From Kiritimatiellia bacterium (GTDB lineage: Bacteria > Verrucomicrobiota > Kiritimatiellia > CAIVKH01): a DNA stretch of 64,000 bases. The stretch lies in assembly GCA_027493775.1 (NCBI GenBank), contig JAOSKE010000001.1, forward strand, positions 741,651-805,650. The letters are read 5' to 3'. Position 1 is the first letter of the stretch. Every line of letters begins with the position of its first letter. The notes beneath the pieces are model-generated. The model was not told where the DNA came from. It worked only from the letters and a program-made list of their open reading frames with translations, and did no database searches. Position numbers and translations under genes: made by a program. Positions 8,572-19,694 of this stretch are shown in pieces.

Positions 8572-10104
8572 TCAGGGGTGGATGCGGCCGGTCTCTTCTG
8601 TCAGCTTACGCAGACGTTGTTTGATGTCTTCGGTAAGCATACCGGGCAGAAGGCGCCAGCGCCAGTTTCCACTTTTTGTGCCGGGCACGTTCATGCGCGC
8701 TTCGGTGCCGAGTCCGAGCAAGTCCTGCATGGGGAAAACGGCAGTGTTGGCATTGGAACGAAGGGCGAGTGCAATGAGGTCCCAGTGGATTTCACTTCCA
8801 TCGCTCTGGAGATAGTGAAGGATCGCATTGCGTTCTGCTTCGATTTCCGCGTGGCTGCGGGTGCTTCCCTCGCCCGGTTCGCTGCGGAACCAGCCGACGG
8901 TGGTGTCGTTGTCGTGCGTACCGGTATAGACGACGCAGTTGGGCGGGTAGTTATCGGGGCGATATTCCGCCGCCTTTGCATCGTTTCCAAATGCGAATTG
9001 CAGCACGCGCATTCCGGGCAAATTGAACTGATCGCGCAGAGCGTCCACATCGGGCGTAATCACGCCGAGGTCTTCCGCGATGATCGGCATATCGCCCATC
9101 TGCCGCAGCAGCGCGTTGAAGAGATCCGCGCCGGGGCCGGGAACCCATCGCCCATTGATTGCAGTCTCTGCGTCGCCGGGAATTTCCCAATAACCCGCGA
9201 AGCCACGGAAGTGGTCAATACGGACGATGTCCACCATCTCAAAAATTTTGAGCAGGCGCGCCACCCACCACTTGTAATCCTGTGCCTTATGCACATCCCA
9301 ACGATAAAGCGGATTGCCCCACAACTGACCCGTCGCGCTGAAATAGTCCGGCGGGACACCGGCGACAATGGAGCAGGAGCCGTCCTCTCTGATGTAAAAC
9401 AGTTCCGGGTTCGCCCACGCGTCCGCGCTATCGTGTGCGACAAAAATCGGGATGTCACCGATAATCTTGATTCCGCGTTCGTGGCAATAGTGCCGCAACT
9501 GCCGCCACTGTTCGTCGAACAGCCACTGCAAGATTTTCGCGTTGCGAATGGCGGTGCGATACTGTCGGCGCACATGAATGAGCGCTTCGGGGTCGCGCCG
9601 CACCAATTCCGGCTCCCAAGTGTGCCACGGCTCTAGGTTGTGCGCTTCTTTGAGCGCCATAAAGAGGGAGAAGTCCTCCAGCCACTCGCCGTTCCGCTCG
9701 CAGAACTCAACAAAAGATTGGCGCTGCGTCGGAGAGGCTTTGCGATCGAAGGAACGGCAGACGGAACGCAACACGGCAGTGCGCGCCTCGATGACGGGGC
9801 CATAGTCCACGCTATTCGACGGGAAGTGAGGGAAGCGAGTCAACGCCGTCGGATGCAACAAACCGTCTTCGACCAACATCTCCAGGCTGATGAAGAGCGG
9901 ATTTCCCGCGAAGGTGGAAAACGACTGATACGGAGAATCGCCGTAACCCGTGAGACCATGCGGCAGAATTTGCCAGAGGTGTTGTCCCATATCCACCAAC
10001 GCATCCGCGAACTCGCGCGCGCTGGGGCCGAGGTCGCCCATCCCGTACCTGCCGGGAAGCGAGGTGATGTGCATCAAAATACCACTTTCGCGTGGAAATT
10101 GCAT
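8572..10104 (-). CDS. malQ: 4-alpha-glucanotransferase (amylomaltase, GH77).
   Basis: ILMHITSLPGRYGMGDLGPSAREFADAL…GQHLWQILP…GDSPYQS… is the GH77 N-terminal signature. Start placed at MQFPRESGILMHI. Confidence 0.85.
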   Translation of the reverse strand: MQFPRESGILMHITSLPGRYGMGDLGPSAREFADALVDMGQHLWQILPHGLTGYGDSPYQSFSTFAGNPLFISLEMLVEDGLLHPTALTRFPHFPSNSVDYGPVIEARTAVLRSVCRSFDRKASPTQRQSFVEFCERNGEWLEDFSLFMALKEAHNLEPWHTWEPELVRRDPEALIHVRRQYRTAIRNAKILQWLFDEQWRQLRHYCHERGIKIIGDIPIFVAHDSADAWANPELFYIREDGSCSIVAGVPPDYFSATGQLWGNPLYRWDVHKAQDYKWWVARLLKIFEMVDIVRIDHFRGFAGYWEIPGDAETAINGRWVPGPGADLFNALLRQMGDMPIIAEDLGVITPDVDALRDQFNLPGMRVLQFAFGNDAKAAEYRPDNYPPNCVVYTGTHDNDTTVGWFRSEPGEGSTRSHAEIEAERNAILHYLQSDGSEIHWDLIALALRSNANTAVFPMQDLLGLGTEARMNVPGTKSGNWRWRLLPGMLTEDIKQRLRKLTEETGRIHP

Positions 10105-10215
10105 GAATCTTGCTCCTTCGTTTATCCTGCAAAATGCGGGCACTGTTATCTATGCCGCAAGGGATTGTCACGCTTTTTGCCTCTTCCGCGCATCTTCTTG
10201 ACACCGTGCGCGTGT

Positions 10216-10227
10216 TTGATATATCAA
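10216..10227. promoter_or_regulatory. AT-rich perfect palindrome TTGATATATCAA in the malQ/feoA divergent intergenic region. Candidate Fur-type operator for feoAB.
   Basis: The 12-bp palindrome is about 25 bp upstream of the feoA start. Fur boxes are AT-rich 6-1-6/7-1-7 palindromes, and feoAB is classically Fur-regulated. Confidence 0.25.
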
Positions 10228-10249
10228 CCAAACATTTGCTGTGCCAAAC

Positions 10250-10531
10250 ATGATCAAACCGCTGCCAATCACCTGTGTGCCACCGTCGGCGCCTCTTGAT
10301 TCCCTGAGCGCCGGAGAGAGCGCCGTGGTGAGTCACGTCGAGGCGTCCGACGATGATATGCGTCGCCTGATGACTCTGGGAATTTGCACGGGCCGGCGCA
10401 TTGAACTGGTTCAATGCGGAAATCCGATGATTGTCCGAATTTTCGGTTCACGCCTCGGAATCTCCCGCCGGCTCGCGTCGCGGGTCATGGTGCAACAGTG
10501 TCGCCATAACTCCACCACGGAATCTTTGTGA
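10250..10531 (+). CDS. feoA: Ferrous iron transport protein A.
   Basis: Small SH3-like protein (…LSAGESAVVSHVEASDDDMRRLMTLGICTGRRIELVQCGNPMIVRIFGSRLGISRRLASRVMV). Its stop overlaps the feoB start (ATGA). Confidence 0.7.
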   Translation: MIKPLPITCVPPSAPLDSLSAGESAVVSHVEASDDDMRRLMTLGICTGRRIELVQCGNPMIVRIFGSRLGISRRLASRVMVQQCRHNSTTESL

Positions 10532-12556
10532 TCGCTCCAGGCGCAACTCTTGAACAACCCGTCCGACGCTGCGTGTCCCGCGTCGTTCTGCTCGGAAATC
10601 CGAATGCGGGAAAAACATCGCTCTTCAACATGCTCTCTGGGCTGCGCGCGAAGACGGCGAATTTCCCCGGAACCACGGTTTCGCACCGGATGGCAAAACT
10701 GGAAACGGCGGGGCGCACGGTCCACCTCATAGATTTGCCCGGCTTGTACAGCTTGCAGCCGACAACGCCGGAAGAGCGGGTCGCGGCTGGCGCATTTAAA
10801 GGAGACTCCTCAATCGGCCCAAAGCCCGACGGCGCAATTCTTGTCGTGGACGCGACCAATCTTGAACGAAACCTGTTTCTGGTGAGTCAGGCGCTGGAAC
10901 ATGACACCCCCGACCGTTCTCGCGCTCAACATGATTGATGCCGCGGATGCGGATGGAATCAAAATTGATGTCGCAGGTCTGGCCATCGAACTCGGTTGCC
11001 CGGTGATTCCCGTCAGCGCGCGAACCGGGCGCGGGATTGACGACCTCAAGCGGGCGCTCGACGAAACTCTGGACAACCATACAGCGCGGAATCCGACAAC
11101 ACTACAAGCGGCGATGGCGTGCCACGCCTGCGCCATCTGTCCGTTTCAAAACCGTTACACGTGGACGGAGGGCGTCGCGAAGCGCCACGCAAAATCGAAA
11201 ACCGAAAAGCCGGACAGACACACCGAGGCGATTGACCGGATACTCACCCACCCCGTCGGCGGACTTGCGGCCTTTCTGTCTGTCATGGCGGTGATGTTCT
11301 ATCTGATTTTCCAGCTCGCAACCGTGCCGATGGATTTAATTGACCACCTCTTCGTCACCTTGGGAAGCGTGGTGGCGAAATGGATCCCGGCAGGTGATTT
11401 GCAAAGCCTAGCGGTCAATGGAATCATCGGAGGCGTCGGCGGGATTCTCGTCTTCCTTCCGCAAATCTGCATTCTTTTCTTCTTCCTCGCGCTGTTGGAA
11501 GACACGGGCTATCTCGCGCGCGCGGCATTTGTGATGGAGCGTTTAATGCGCCGAATCGGATTGCCGGGCAAGGCGTTCGTGCCGCTGCTGTCGGCCCACG
11601 CCTGCGCCATTCCGGCAATCATGTCCACGCGGGTCATTGAGGATCGCCGCGACCGATTCATCACCATTTTGATCGCGCCACTGATGTCCTGCTCCGCGCG
11701 TATTCCGGTGTACACCCTGGTCATCGCGCTGCTCTTCCCCCGCCAGCCCGGCCTCGCGGCGTTGACCTTTCTGGGCGCATACGCGGTGGGAATTGGAATG
11801 GGCCTGCTCGCGGCGTTCGTCATGAAGCGAACAATTCTTCCCGGCGAAGCGCGTCCGCTGGTTCTTGAATTGCCGCGGTATCGGATCCCCGGCGTACGCA
11901 CCGCGTTCCTCCACATGTACGATCAGGCGCGCATGTTCATCAAGCAGGCTGGGACGGTGATTCTGCTGATTTCGATTATTCTCTGGGCGCTGGCGACGTA
12001 TCCAAAATCGGAAACGCCGCAAGAGGTTCATGATATGCGCGCGGAAGCCGCGCAGCTCGCCGCCGCTGGTGACACCGACGGGGCCGCGTCGCTTACAAAA
12101 GAGGCAGCGCATCACGAGGATCAATACGCCCTTGCCAACTCCTACGCCGGTCGCCTCGGCCGTTTCTTTGAACCGGCGCTGGCGCCGTTGGGATTCAACT
12201 GGCAGATCGGCATCGGCATTGTGACTTCGTTCGCCGCGCGCGAGGTGATCGTCTCCACCCTCGCCGTGGTCTATGGCGTGGGTTCTGATCGGGCCGAGGA
12301 GGAGCCGAAATCGCTCTATGACAATCTGCGTTCCGCAAAACGCGCCGATGGATCGCCGGTCTTTACGACGGCCACCGCGTTCAGCCTGCTGATTTTCTAC
12401 ATCCTCGCCGCGCAGTGTCTCGCCACCCAGGTCGTCACGCGCAAAGAGACGGGCAGTTGGAAATGGGCCGCGCTGCAACTCGTCTATATGAACGTGTTGG
12501 CCTACGCCGCTTCGTTCGTGATTTATCAAACACTGCGCGCGTGCGGAATATCCTAG
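10528..12556 (+). CDS. feoB: Ferrous iron transporter FeoB. The G-domain and membrane domain are in two frames.
   Basis: 10528..10938 carries the G domain (VVLLGNPNAGKTSLFN, FPGTTV, IDLPG). 10901..12556 continues TVLALNMIDAADADGIKIDVAGLAIELGCPVIPVSARTGRGIDDL plus gate motifs and a polytopic membrane domain. The frames switch at the C5 run at 10907-10911. Confidence 0.8.
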
Positions 12557-12576
12557 CCGGAGAACCTCCAGCAAAC

Positions 12577-15443
12577 TCAGTGCGCGAGCTCGCGCAACTT
12601 TGCTTCGTCGGCGGAGGATATGATTTTTGAATTCGCCAGGGTCTCGCGCGCCAGCGCCGTTGCGGCTGGAGTATCGCCTTTTCGGGCGAGCCAATCTAGT
12701 TGCGCGAAAATCGCGCTGATCAACTCGGGGTTTGCATCCCGCGCAGTTTTAATTTCCTGTCCTGCACGCTCCAAATCGCCCTGTTCAAGAAACGCTCGAC
12801 CGAGCGCCTCGTGGGCGCGGGGATATTGCGGCATGCGCAGAATGGCTTCTGTGGCGGATTGAACAGCCGCATCCAACTCGCCACGTCGGCGCTGAACATT
12901 GGAAAGCTCAACGAGCACGCGGGGCGCACGCTGGCGGGCCAGTTGCTCCTTCAGAACAGCCTCGGCCAGATCCAACCGCCCTCTGGCCCGCAACAAAATC
13001 GCGAGCGCAAAATTTGCATCGTCATTGGTAGGCGCCACGGCAAGTATTTGATTCAACAACCGCTCCACGGAACTCCAGTTCTCCGTCGCCATTTCCAAAT
13101 CCAGCAGACGCTGCATGAGGGGGAAATCACCGGGACGCCGCGCAAGCGCAAGGGCGTAGTATTCGCGTGCGCCGGAAATGTCACCCTGTTGCTGGCGCAT
13201 CCGCCCCATCAGTTCCGAGACGATGGGCCAGTCTTGTCCCAAAAGCTTCATTTGTTTGAAGCTTCGCTCGACGGCGTCCGGACGGCCTTCGCGGAATCCG
13301 GCCAGCGCCGATATGATCCATGCGTCCGCAGAATCCGGGTGCGCGACAAGAAAACGCTCCAGGCGGCGATTTGCTTCGGGCGACTCGCCCTGCTCGAAAA
13401 GTCGCGTGATTATCTCCAAGTCCGGATCACTTTTTTGCGCGACTGCGTTTTCCGCGCCATTTGAGAGCAACTCCACAGCGGCGCGACTGCGTAAATGCCC
13501 ATAACGGACCGCAAGTCGCATCGGGCTGCGCGGCGGCGATCGCTGTAATTCCTCGGCAAGCAAGGTGGATGCGGCTGTGGTGTCCACCGGTTCGTCGGCA
13601 TCCCCGGCCAACACAAGGAGGTTCAACGCCGCGCTCACATTTTGGGGTTCGAAGGAAAGAGCTTTTTCGTACGCGCGGAGCGCTTCAGACGGATGTCCGG
13701 TATATTCCATAAATACTCCAACATCGTTTGCAACATGCGCGACTTGCAGGCGCAATCGCTCGACAAACAATTTACTCGTCGGGAAATTTGTAGAGAGTTG
13801 CGGCAGCGTTTTCTCCACCACATTCCAATAATCAACATTCCGCTGCCAAATCTGCTCCGGATCCAGATCCGAACGTTCCGCAGCGCCGAGGTATGTAATC
13901 CCCATCGGCACCGGCTCCAATCCCTCGATCAGCCAGATGTCCGGTCGGGTTGAAATAGCCAAGCGCTCCACTGCGGTTTCATCCTGCCGCAGCCAGGCTG
14001 AAATCAGCGGGCTGATCCCGGCCAATGCAAGACTTTGAAAACGCGGATCGTCAAATAAAGAGGAAACATACCGGCGATAGGTGAAGGCCTCGGCCTGATG
14101 CAAATTCACGTAGTTGAATTTCGCGCCGCGCCGAAACGCCTCCAGTTGCAGAAGGTCTTCCATCAAACCATCGCCCACCCACAAGGTGCGCCCGGACGCC
14201 AGGCCCAGTGTGGCGCGCGTCAGCGTGGCAGCGGCGGAGGCGGCGGATTTGGTATTGGCAGTCGGCAGATTTCTGGCCCCGACTGCGACAAATAAAATTA
14301 GGGTGCCGACGAGGAGGACAGGAAAAAACGAGCGACGCTTTCTCAGACTCCGCGTTCGAGACGCCACTCGCGCTTCATTGATCAGAGAAAATCGCGCGAT
14401 CAACAGGCCCAAGGAGTATGCGACGAGGAGATAGGGCGTGACCAGCAGGGGCGTTGTCCCCAAGACGCGCCACGGGGAGATTATTCCGTTGAAAAGAATC
14501 GTTAATAAAATACCGAAGAGCACGAGATAGAAAAGCAACATCCGCGCATTGGCTTCTTCGCGCCGTTGCGACAGCCAAAGAACGGCCCACGGCACGGTCG
14601 TCCCCACGAACAATAGCAGCCAGCCGTGGCGCGGCACGCTGGAAAGAACCAGTCGCTTCCGGTCCAACAAAAAGGTCTTCAGGACATCCCAGTAGGATGT
14701 CGCCTCGCGCCAGGTCGCCGCAGAAAGGTGATAATACTCTCGAACAGCGAGCAGGAAAAGAGAGGCGCCTAGAAGGCCGAGCAGCAAAGTGGGAGCCCCA
14801 GACGCGCGGGGTTAGCTGCCGCATTAAGAAGGACTGGTAAAACACGTAGCACGCGATCAATGGGAGAAATATCGCGAATGTGGCCACTTCCGCCAAGCCC
14901 ACGCCATAAGCGAACGCAAACGCAAAAAGCCAGGCCGGCCGGGTGGTGATGCGGTAACGCTGAAGAAGAAACAAGCTGCCGATAAGGAGAAGGAGGTCGA
15001 ACGAGGCAGGGTGAGCGCGGTTGGAAACAAGCCAAACCGGAATGCTGGTCATCAGGAATCCCGCCCCCGCCCCCGCTGCGAGTATTTTGATCCAAGGATT
15101 GCTCTGGGCCGTCGCCTTCTGAACGGACCCCGGACAGTAGCATCAGATATACGAGCGCAACACTTCCTGCGCCACACACGGCGCTAAAGAGATTCAGCGA
15201 GCGCGCAAAATGTGCCGGGGTCAGATGCGCAAGCGAGCGCGCAATCCACGACCACACCGGATATTCCATCGAAGGGAACGGCGCAATGTGGAGCATCTGC
15301 ACCAACCAGGAAGCGCTGATCTCAGGATCCACCTGAGACGAACCTGTGACAACAAATAGAGCAAGCGCCCCAAGCGACAAAATGACCGCAATCAGGCGCG
15401 CGCTTTGCTCAGCCTTTGAAGACAAGGTATTTTCGGCAGACAT
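12577..15443 (-). CDS. Large membrane protein. N-terminal polytopic domain (DUF2723/TMEM260-like glycosyltransferase-type fold, tentative), C-terminal TPR repeats. Two frame breaks.
   Basis: Three ORFs chain together. 14769..15443 gives the N-terminus (MSAENTLSSKAEQSARLIAVILSLGALALFVV…DPEISASWLVQMLHIAPFPSMEYPVWSWIARSL). 14375..15052 gives TM helices. 12577..14787 gives more TM helices and then many TPR-like repeats (LALARRPGDFPLMQRLLDLEMATENWSSVERLLNQILAVAPTNDDANFALAILLRARGRLDLAEAVL…). The frame changes coincide with C-rich runs at 15061-15076 and 14796-14799. Confidence 0.55.
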
Positions 15444-15903
15444 AATTAATCAACAACGCTGCAATTAACTTCCCAATATACGAAAAAGTCGTACTGAAGT
15501 GAAGGAATCGAATCATCGCCCACCCGAGAAAAGTTCCCACACAAACACTCGCGCCCGATACGGCATAGAACAACGCCATTTCGACGGCCCAGTGATAGCG
15601 GCCCGGCTCGAAGACCCAGAAAATATTAATCAGGTAGGCCGTCAAATTTGAAAAAATAAAGGCCAGCGCGGTGCAAATGACAAAGCGGCGGGAGCGCTCA
15701 GCTTCTTCGACATGCTCAACGGAGAGGTGCAGGCGGGTCACAAGGGGGTCATTTTCGCGCAACGCGGGAAATATCCGCCACGCGAGGAAAAAGAAAATGA
15801 CCATGTCCACAGCGGTGGCGACGCCGCCGGCAATGGCGTATTTCAGAAACTGCACGAACGGACCCGCATCGCGTTGTAGGAACTGTTGAAGAAATTCCTG
15901 CAT
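15409..15903 (-). CDS. GtrA-family membrane protein (polysaccharide/glycan synthesis accessory).
   Basis: 164 aa with 4 TM helices. FVQFLKYAIAGGVATAVDMVIFFFL… and …GKLIAALLINYVCRKYLVFK are typical GtrA-like. It overlaps the upstream TPR/membrane gene start. Confidence 0.65.
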   Translation of the reverse strand: MQEFLQQFLQRDAGPFVQFLKYAIAGGVATAVDMVIFFFLAWRIFPALRENDPLVTRLHLSVEHVEEAERSRRFVICTALAFIFSNLTAYLINIFWVFEPGRYHWAVEMALFYAVSGASVCVGTFLGWAMIRFLHFSTTFSYIGKLIAALLINYVCRKYLVFKG

Positions 15904-15915
15904 AAATCGAAGGGC

Positions 15916-17052
15916 CTATTCGCGGTTGATCAGCTCAAGGAGTTCAGCCGGAAGCGGCTGGACGGAAGCTAGGATCGCCTGCGTCTCGCCATGCTCGGAA
16001 GGCACGGTCAAACGCTCTCCGGCTGTGTGCCCGATCAGTGTCTCCGCCATTCGAGAGTTAGACGAAATGATGCCGTGTTCGGGATCGCCATCCCAAACGC
16101 CGAGGATGGAGTAGGTCTCCTTCTTACCATCGCCATATTCGAGCGTAACCACGGTACCCAGCCCCGCCTTGTCGAACGGGAGCTCGCGGAAATCGCTCGG
16201 GGCGACGCGATGCAGATCGGCCATCAGTTCGTCGCGCCGACGGAAGAGAATCGTCTGCGCCTCTTTTGCTGCCTTGTATTCATGGTTTTCGCGCAAATCG
16301 CCGTAGCTGCGCGCAAGGGCAATGTCTTTTGCAACCTGTGGAATTTCGACATTGATGATGCGATCCAGCAAATGCTGGCGTTCGCGGTAGCTCCGATGCG
16401 ATGTGATCGGCCCGCGTGACGCAACCGGCTGATCATCGCGAGCCGCAAGCAACGGGGCGAGATCCGGAGAGTTCTTCACCATGTGTCCCAGCACGGATGC
16501 GCGGTCAAGGGCGGGCCACCCGGTGGACTCCTTAATGCGCAACAGCAGGTGCTCCAGCTCGGGCCGGGATAACCGGCTCATCAAATCCTTGAGCCATTCC
16601 CGCTTTGAGAACCGTTCGCGGAGCTGGTTCTGCGCCTTCAGGCGTTCGCCGCTCGCCTCCTGTTCGGCCGCCTCCACCATAAGCTGCGCCATCAGGGCAA
16701 TCGAGCCAAGCTTCCACTCTTCGCACTTTTCAACATGGCGTCCAAGCCAGCTCAACAATTCCAATGAAGGCGTCCGAGCGTCAAAGGCGTGTTTGAAGAT
16801 TTTTGCGGCTTCCTGCTCGTAATTTGTTTCCTGGAGAAACAGCATGGCCTCGTTGAGAATCCCTATTTCGGAACCGCTCCAAACGCGCAAGCAGCAACGC
16901 CTGCACTGCTTCCTGATTTCTGCCGTACAGATAGTGCAGAAATAAACGCAGCGGGCGTGAGGGCAGTTGCTTGATCGTCTCGTCAAACACGCGGCCTTGG
17001 AAGAAATCAGGAACCCGCGCGCCATCCAGTTTCGCATCAAGTCCAAGCTCAC
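15916..17052 (-). CDS. GreA/GreB C-terminal domain protein, probably the C-terminal part of a large Gre-like factor.
   Basis: YGDLRENHEYKAAKEAQ matches the GreA YGDLSENAEYxAAKE motif, and …VVTLEYGDGKKETYSILGVWDGDPEHGIIS… is an FKBP-like C-terminal domain. The first roughly 60 aa of the ORF (Cys/Arg-rich) look out of frame. Confidence 0.6.
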   Translation of the reverse strand: MSLDLMRNWMARGFLISSKAACLTRRSSNCPHARCVYFCTICTAEIRKQCRRCCLRVWSGSEIGILNEAMLFLQETNYEQEAAKIFKHAFDARTPSLELLSWLGRHVEKCEEWKLGSIALMAQLMVEAAEQEASGERLKAQNQLRERFSKREWLKDLMSRLSRPELEHLLLRIKESTGWPALDRASVLGHMVKNSPDLAPLLAARDDQPVASRGPITSHRSYRERQHLLDRIINVEIPQVAKDIALARSYGDLRENHEYKAAKEAQTILFRRRDELMADLHRVAPSDFRELPFDKAGLGTVVTLEYGDGKKETYSILGVWDGDPEHGIISSNSRMAETLIGHTAGERLTVPSEHGETQAILASVQPLPAELLELINRE

Positions 17053-18100
17053 TGGCCGCCATCGCCAGCCGCGCCGGGGTGGCGAAATCCACGCTGGTCG
17101 CGCCTTTTAATCCGAACGCGAGGCGATCAAGCAATACGCGTTGCTGCGTCTCGGTGAACTCCTGCTCCGCTTTCCGTCCGGCAAGCTCTTCGAGAGCAGT
17201 AACGATCTTGGGAAGGCTCCGCTCGCGGGCCAGCGTGTCGAACCACTGGTCTTCCTGGGACTGGGAGCCGTCCTGAATGTGCAGGGGTTCGGAACGGCTC
17301 GCGGGGACGTAAATGGACGGATCCGCCTTGAGTTTTTTGCGCGCGGCTTCCCAAAACTTTTTCCAATCGCTCTCGTTGACAATTCCAGCGACAAGCGCGG
17401 CTTGAAGCTGGGCAACAGTCAATGGCCCCAAACTGCGCAACGCCATGCGAACCACTTCCGCCGGATTGTCCCTCACCAATACGCGAAGTTCTTCGGCTCG
17501 TTTGCGCTTCCACATCAAGAGATGGTCTTCGCCGACCGGCGACAGGCTCTCACCCGCATAGCTGAGCGACATCAGATGGCCAACGCGACGATCAAAATCT
17601 ATTTCTACCTTCTTGTTGAAACTATCCACGCGATTGACAACGCCGAGTCCCCACGTGCGGTCATAAACCAACACGCCCTCTTTCAGGCTCAGCAACATAC
17701 GCAAGCGGCGCACCGCCTCCGCCGGAGCGCCGGGGCGGGAAAAGCCAGCTTCGTCAACCAGCGCCTTTTCGGCCCACTCGCCCCCTAGGATATCCAGCGC
17801 TTCCTCCGTCCAGTTAATATCTTTCTTCCGGTCCAGCGCTGCCCATCGGGCGCGGAGATGCAATGCCTCCAGCGCCTCATCGGTTTTCTTGCGTTCAGCA
17901 AGCGTGTCCTGCAACAGCTCAACGCGTTGCTCCGCCTGCGCCGCATGTCCTCCATTGCGGAGTGCGCGCAGCGCTGCAAGCAGCAACGGCACATCTATGC
18001 GCGATTTTCCGATTTGGGCGAGAAACCATTCTTCGGTTTGACTTTCAGCGGACGGGATATCTTTTGTTTGTGATTCAGACATTGTGGGCAGCCCCTTCAA
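16781..18100 (-). CDS. Hypothetical protein, the likely N-terminal two-thirds of the Gre-like factor.
   Basis: 439 aa. The last roughly 25 aa (…NRDSQRGHAVSPGNKLRAGSRKNLQTRL) look out of frame. The alternative frame continues …ARLERSGSEIGILNEAMLFLQETNYEQEAAKIFKHAFD… into 15916..17052, so a single roughly 720-aa protein with one frame break near 16850-16880 is likely. Confidence 0.45.
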   Translation of the reverse strand: MKGLPTMSESQTKDIPSAESQTEEWFLAQIGKSRIDVPLLLAALRALRNGGHAAQAEQRVELLQDTLAERKKTDEALEALHLRARWAALDRKKDINWTEEALDILGGEWAEKALVDEAGFSRPGAPAEAVRRLRMLLSLKEGVLVYDRTWGLGVVNRVDSFNKKVEIDFDRRVGHLMSLSYAGESLSPVGEDHLLMWKRKRAEELRVLVRDNPAEVVRMALRSLGPLTVAQLQAALVAGIVNESDWKKFWEAARKKLKADPSIYVPASRSEPLHIQDGSQSQEDQWFDTLARERSLPKIVTALEELAGRKAEQEFTETQQRVLLDRLAFGLKGATSVDFATPARLAMAASELGLDAKLDGARVPDFFQGRVFDETIKQLPSRPLRLFLHYLYGRNQEAVQALLLARLERFRNRDSQRGHAVSPGNKLRAGSRKNLQTRL

Positions 18101-18177
18101 AGAGCAAGTAGCATAGAGTTTCGTGAAGCTGACTCAAGCATTGATGCACAGACTGTGCAAATCAGTGCGAACCCGAT

Positions 18178-19055
18178 ATGTTCCCACCCATGTCAACACC
18201 ACGAGTCCTCACTGTACGCCAAGTTGAACGAGGCACAAGCCTTGAACAATTCCTCATTATGCGCCTCGGCGTATCCCGCAAACAGGCCAAACGAATGCTG
18301 GACGAGCGCCGCGTCTTTGTGAACGGAAAACGAATCTGGATGGCCCGCCATGAATTGCGCTCGGGCGACGAAGTGGAGACGCCCCCGCGCCCGGCTCGAA
18401 ACCCGCCTCGCCCCGCCCCGCCACCCTTCGTGTCATCTATGAGGACTCACTCATTTTCGTAGTGGACAAACCCGCTGGCCTGCTGAGTACCGGCCCCGAT
18501 AGCGTTGAATCGCGCCTTCGCGCAATGCATCCGGAAATTTTACCCGTACACCGACTGGACCGCGAAACCAGCGGCTGCCTCATGTTCGCCCGAACTCCGG
18601 AAAGTCAGGCGACAATGGAAAAGGAATTTGAAGGGCGGCGTGTTGAAAAAGTGTACCAAGCAATTGCGATTGGACTCTTCCCCCCCACCCTCACCAAGCT
18701 GGAACGACCGGTCGGCGGACTCACCGCGCTCACCGAATTTCGCATCGTGCGTCGCAACCCCGTCGCATCTCATATTGAAGCCCGACCCCGCACCGGTCGA
18801 ACTCATCAAATTCGCGTGCATCTCCAACAAGCGGGGTTTCCACTCGCCGGTGATCGAATGCACTCCACGCGCGCCGTGAAGGACGAATTGATTCGGCAGC
18901 TTCCGCGTCAAATGCTTCACGCGTGGCGACTGTCCTGGAACGACCCCGTCAGTGGAGAACGGAAGAAAGCGCAGGCCACGCCTCCAGTAGATTTTCGCGA
19001 CACCCTCGTCGCGTTGCGGCTCGCGCCCCTGCCTAAACGCGGTGGCGGAAGGTGA
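18178..19055 (+). CDS. RluA-family 23S rRNA pseudouridine synthase (S4 domain plus catalytic domain). Frame break between the domains.
   Basis: 18178..18462 carries the S4 domain ([33 protein letters not shown]). 18462..19055 carries the catalytic domain ([19 protein letters not shown]…VEKVYQAIA). The alternative frame reads …[21 protein letters not shown] across the junction. The shift lies in ccccgccccgccaccc at 18411-18426. Confidence 0.75.
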
Positions 19056-19260
19056 TTCGACCCTTGGTCAAATCATAGGGCGACATTTCAATCTTCACAC
19101 GGTCGCCATTGGTAATTTTGATGAAGTGTTTGCGCATTTTTCCCGAAATGTGCGCAAGAATTTCGTGACCGCTCGCCAACTTCACGCGATACATCGTCGC
19201 GGGCAATACCTTCGTCACCGTCCCATCCACTTCAATAATGTCTTCTTTTCCGCCAGCCAT
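19033..19260 (-). CDS. infA: Translation initiation factor IF-1.
   Basis: 75 aa: [75 protein letters not shown]. It aligns almost residue-for-residue with the E. coli IF-1 S1-fold. Confidence 0.9.
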   Translation of the reverse strand: MAGGKEDIIEVDGTVTKVLPATMYRVKLASGHEILAHISGKMRKHFIKITNGDRVKIEMSPYDLTKGRITFRHRV

Positions 19261-19694
19261 AGTTTCCTTTACGTTTTTTCAAACAACCGCGCACCATAGA
19301 CTCCCCCACCCACAAAGCGCAAGCGGTATGCACGGATTATTTGTGATCTCCAAGGTATCGGATTTTGCCATTCCTGAACTAAAATATTGCGATGGTTTCT
19401 CCGTAGCCGTCCGCGCTGAAGGCGGCGGGTGAACCAAGCCCGCGCGGTCAACACGGGCGACTACAGAAAACGACCCCTATCGCGCTCTATTGCCAGATAA
19501 ACATCTCATCATTTCCAACTACGGTTTTAACTGATAAACGCCTACTACCTGTGGTTCGTCCCCGACTCCAAGGTTCGCGCCATAAAATACAACAAGAGCG
19601 CCCGGTCACACGGCTGCTTGACTCACCCAAACGAACCGCTAGTATCGCCGACCAACGAACTCACATTTCGCCGCGTCTCACAGGATTCGCAATC

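Noticed and set aside
19270-19690. A possible tRNA or small-RNA gene in the 420-bp infA/ICMT intergenic region
   Set aside because: I could not identify a cloverleaf (acceptor stem or T-loop GTTCRANYC) by eye. It is left unannotated, and a covariance-model scan would be needed.
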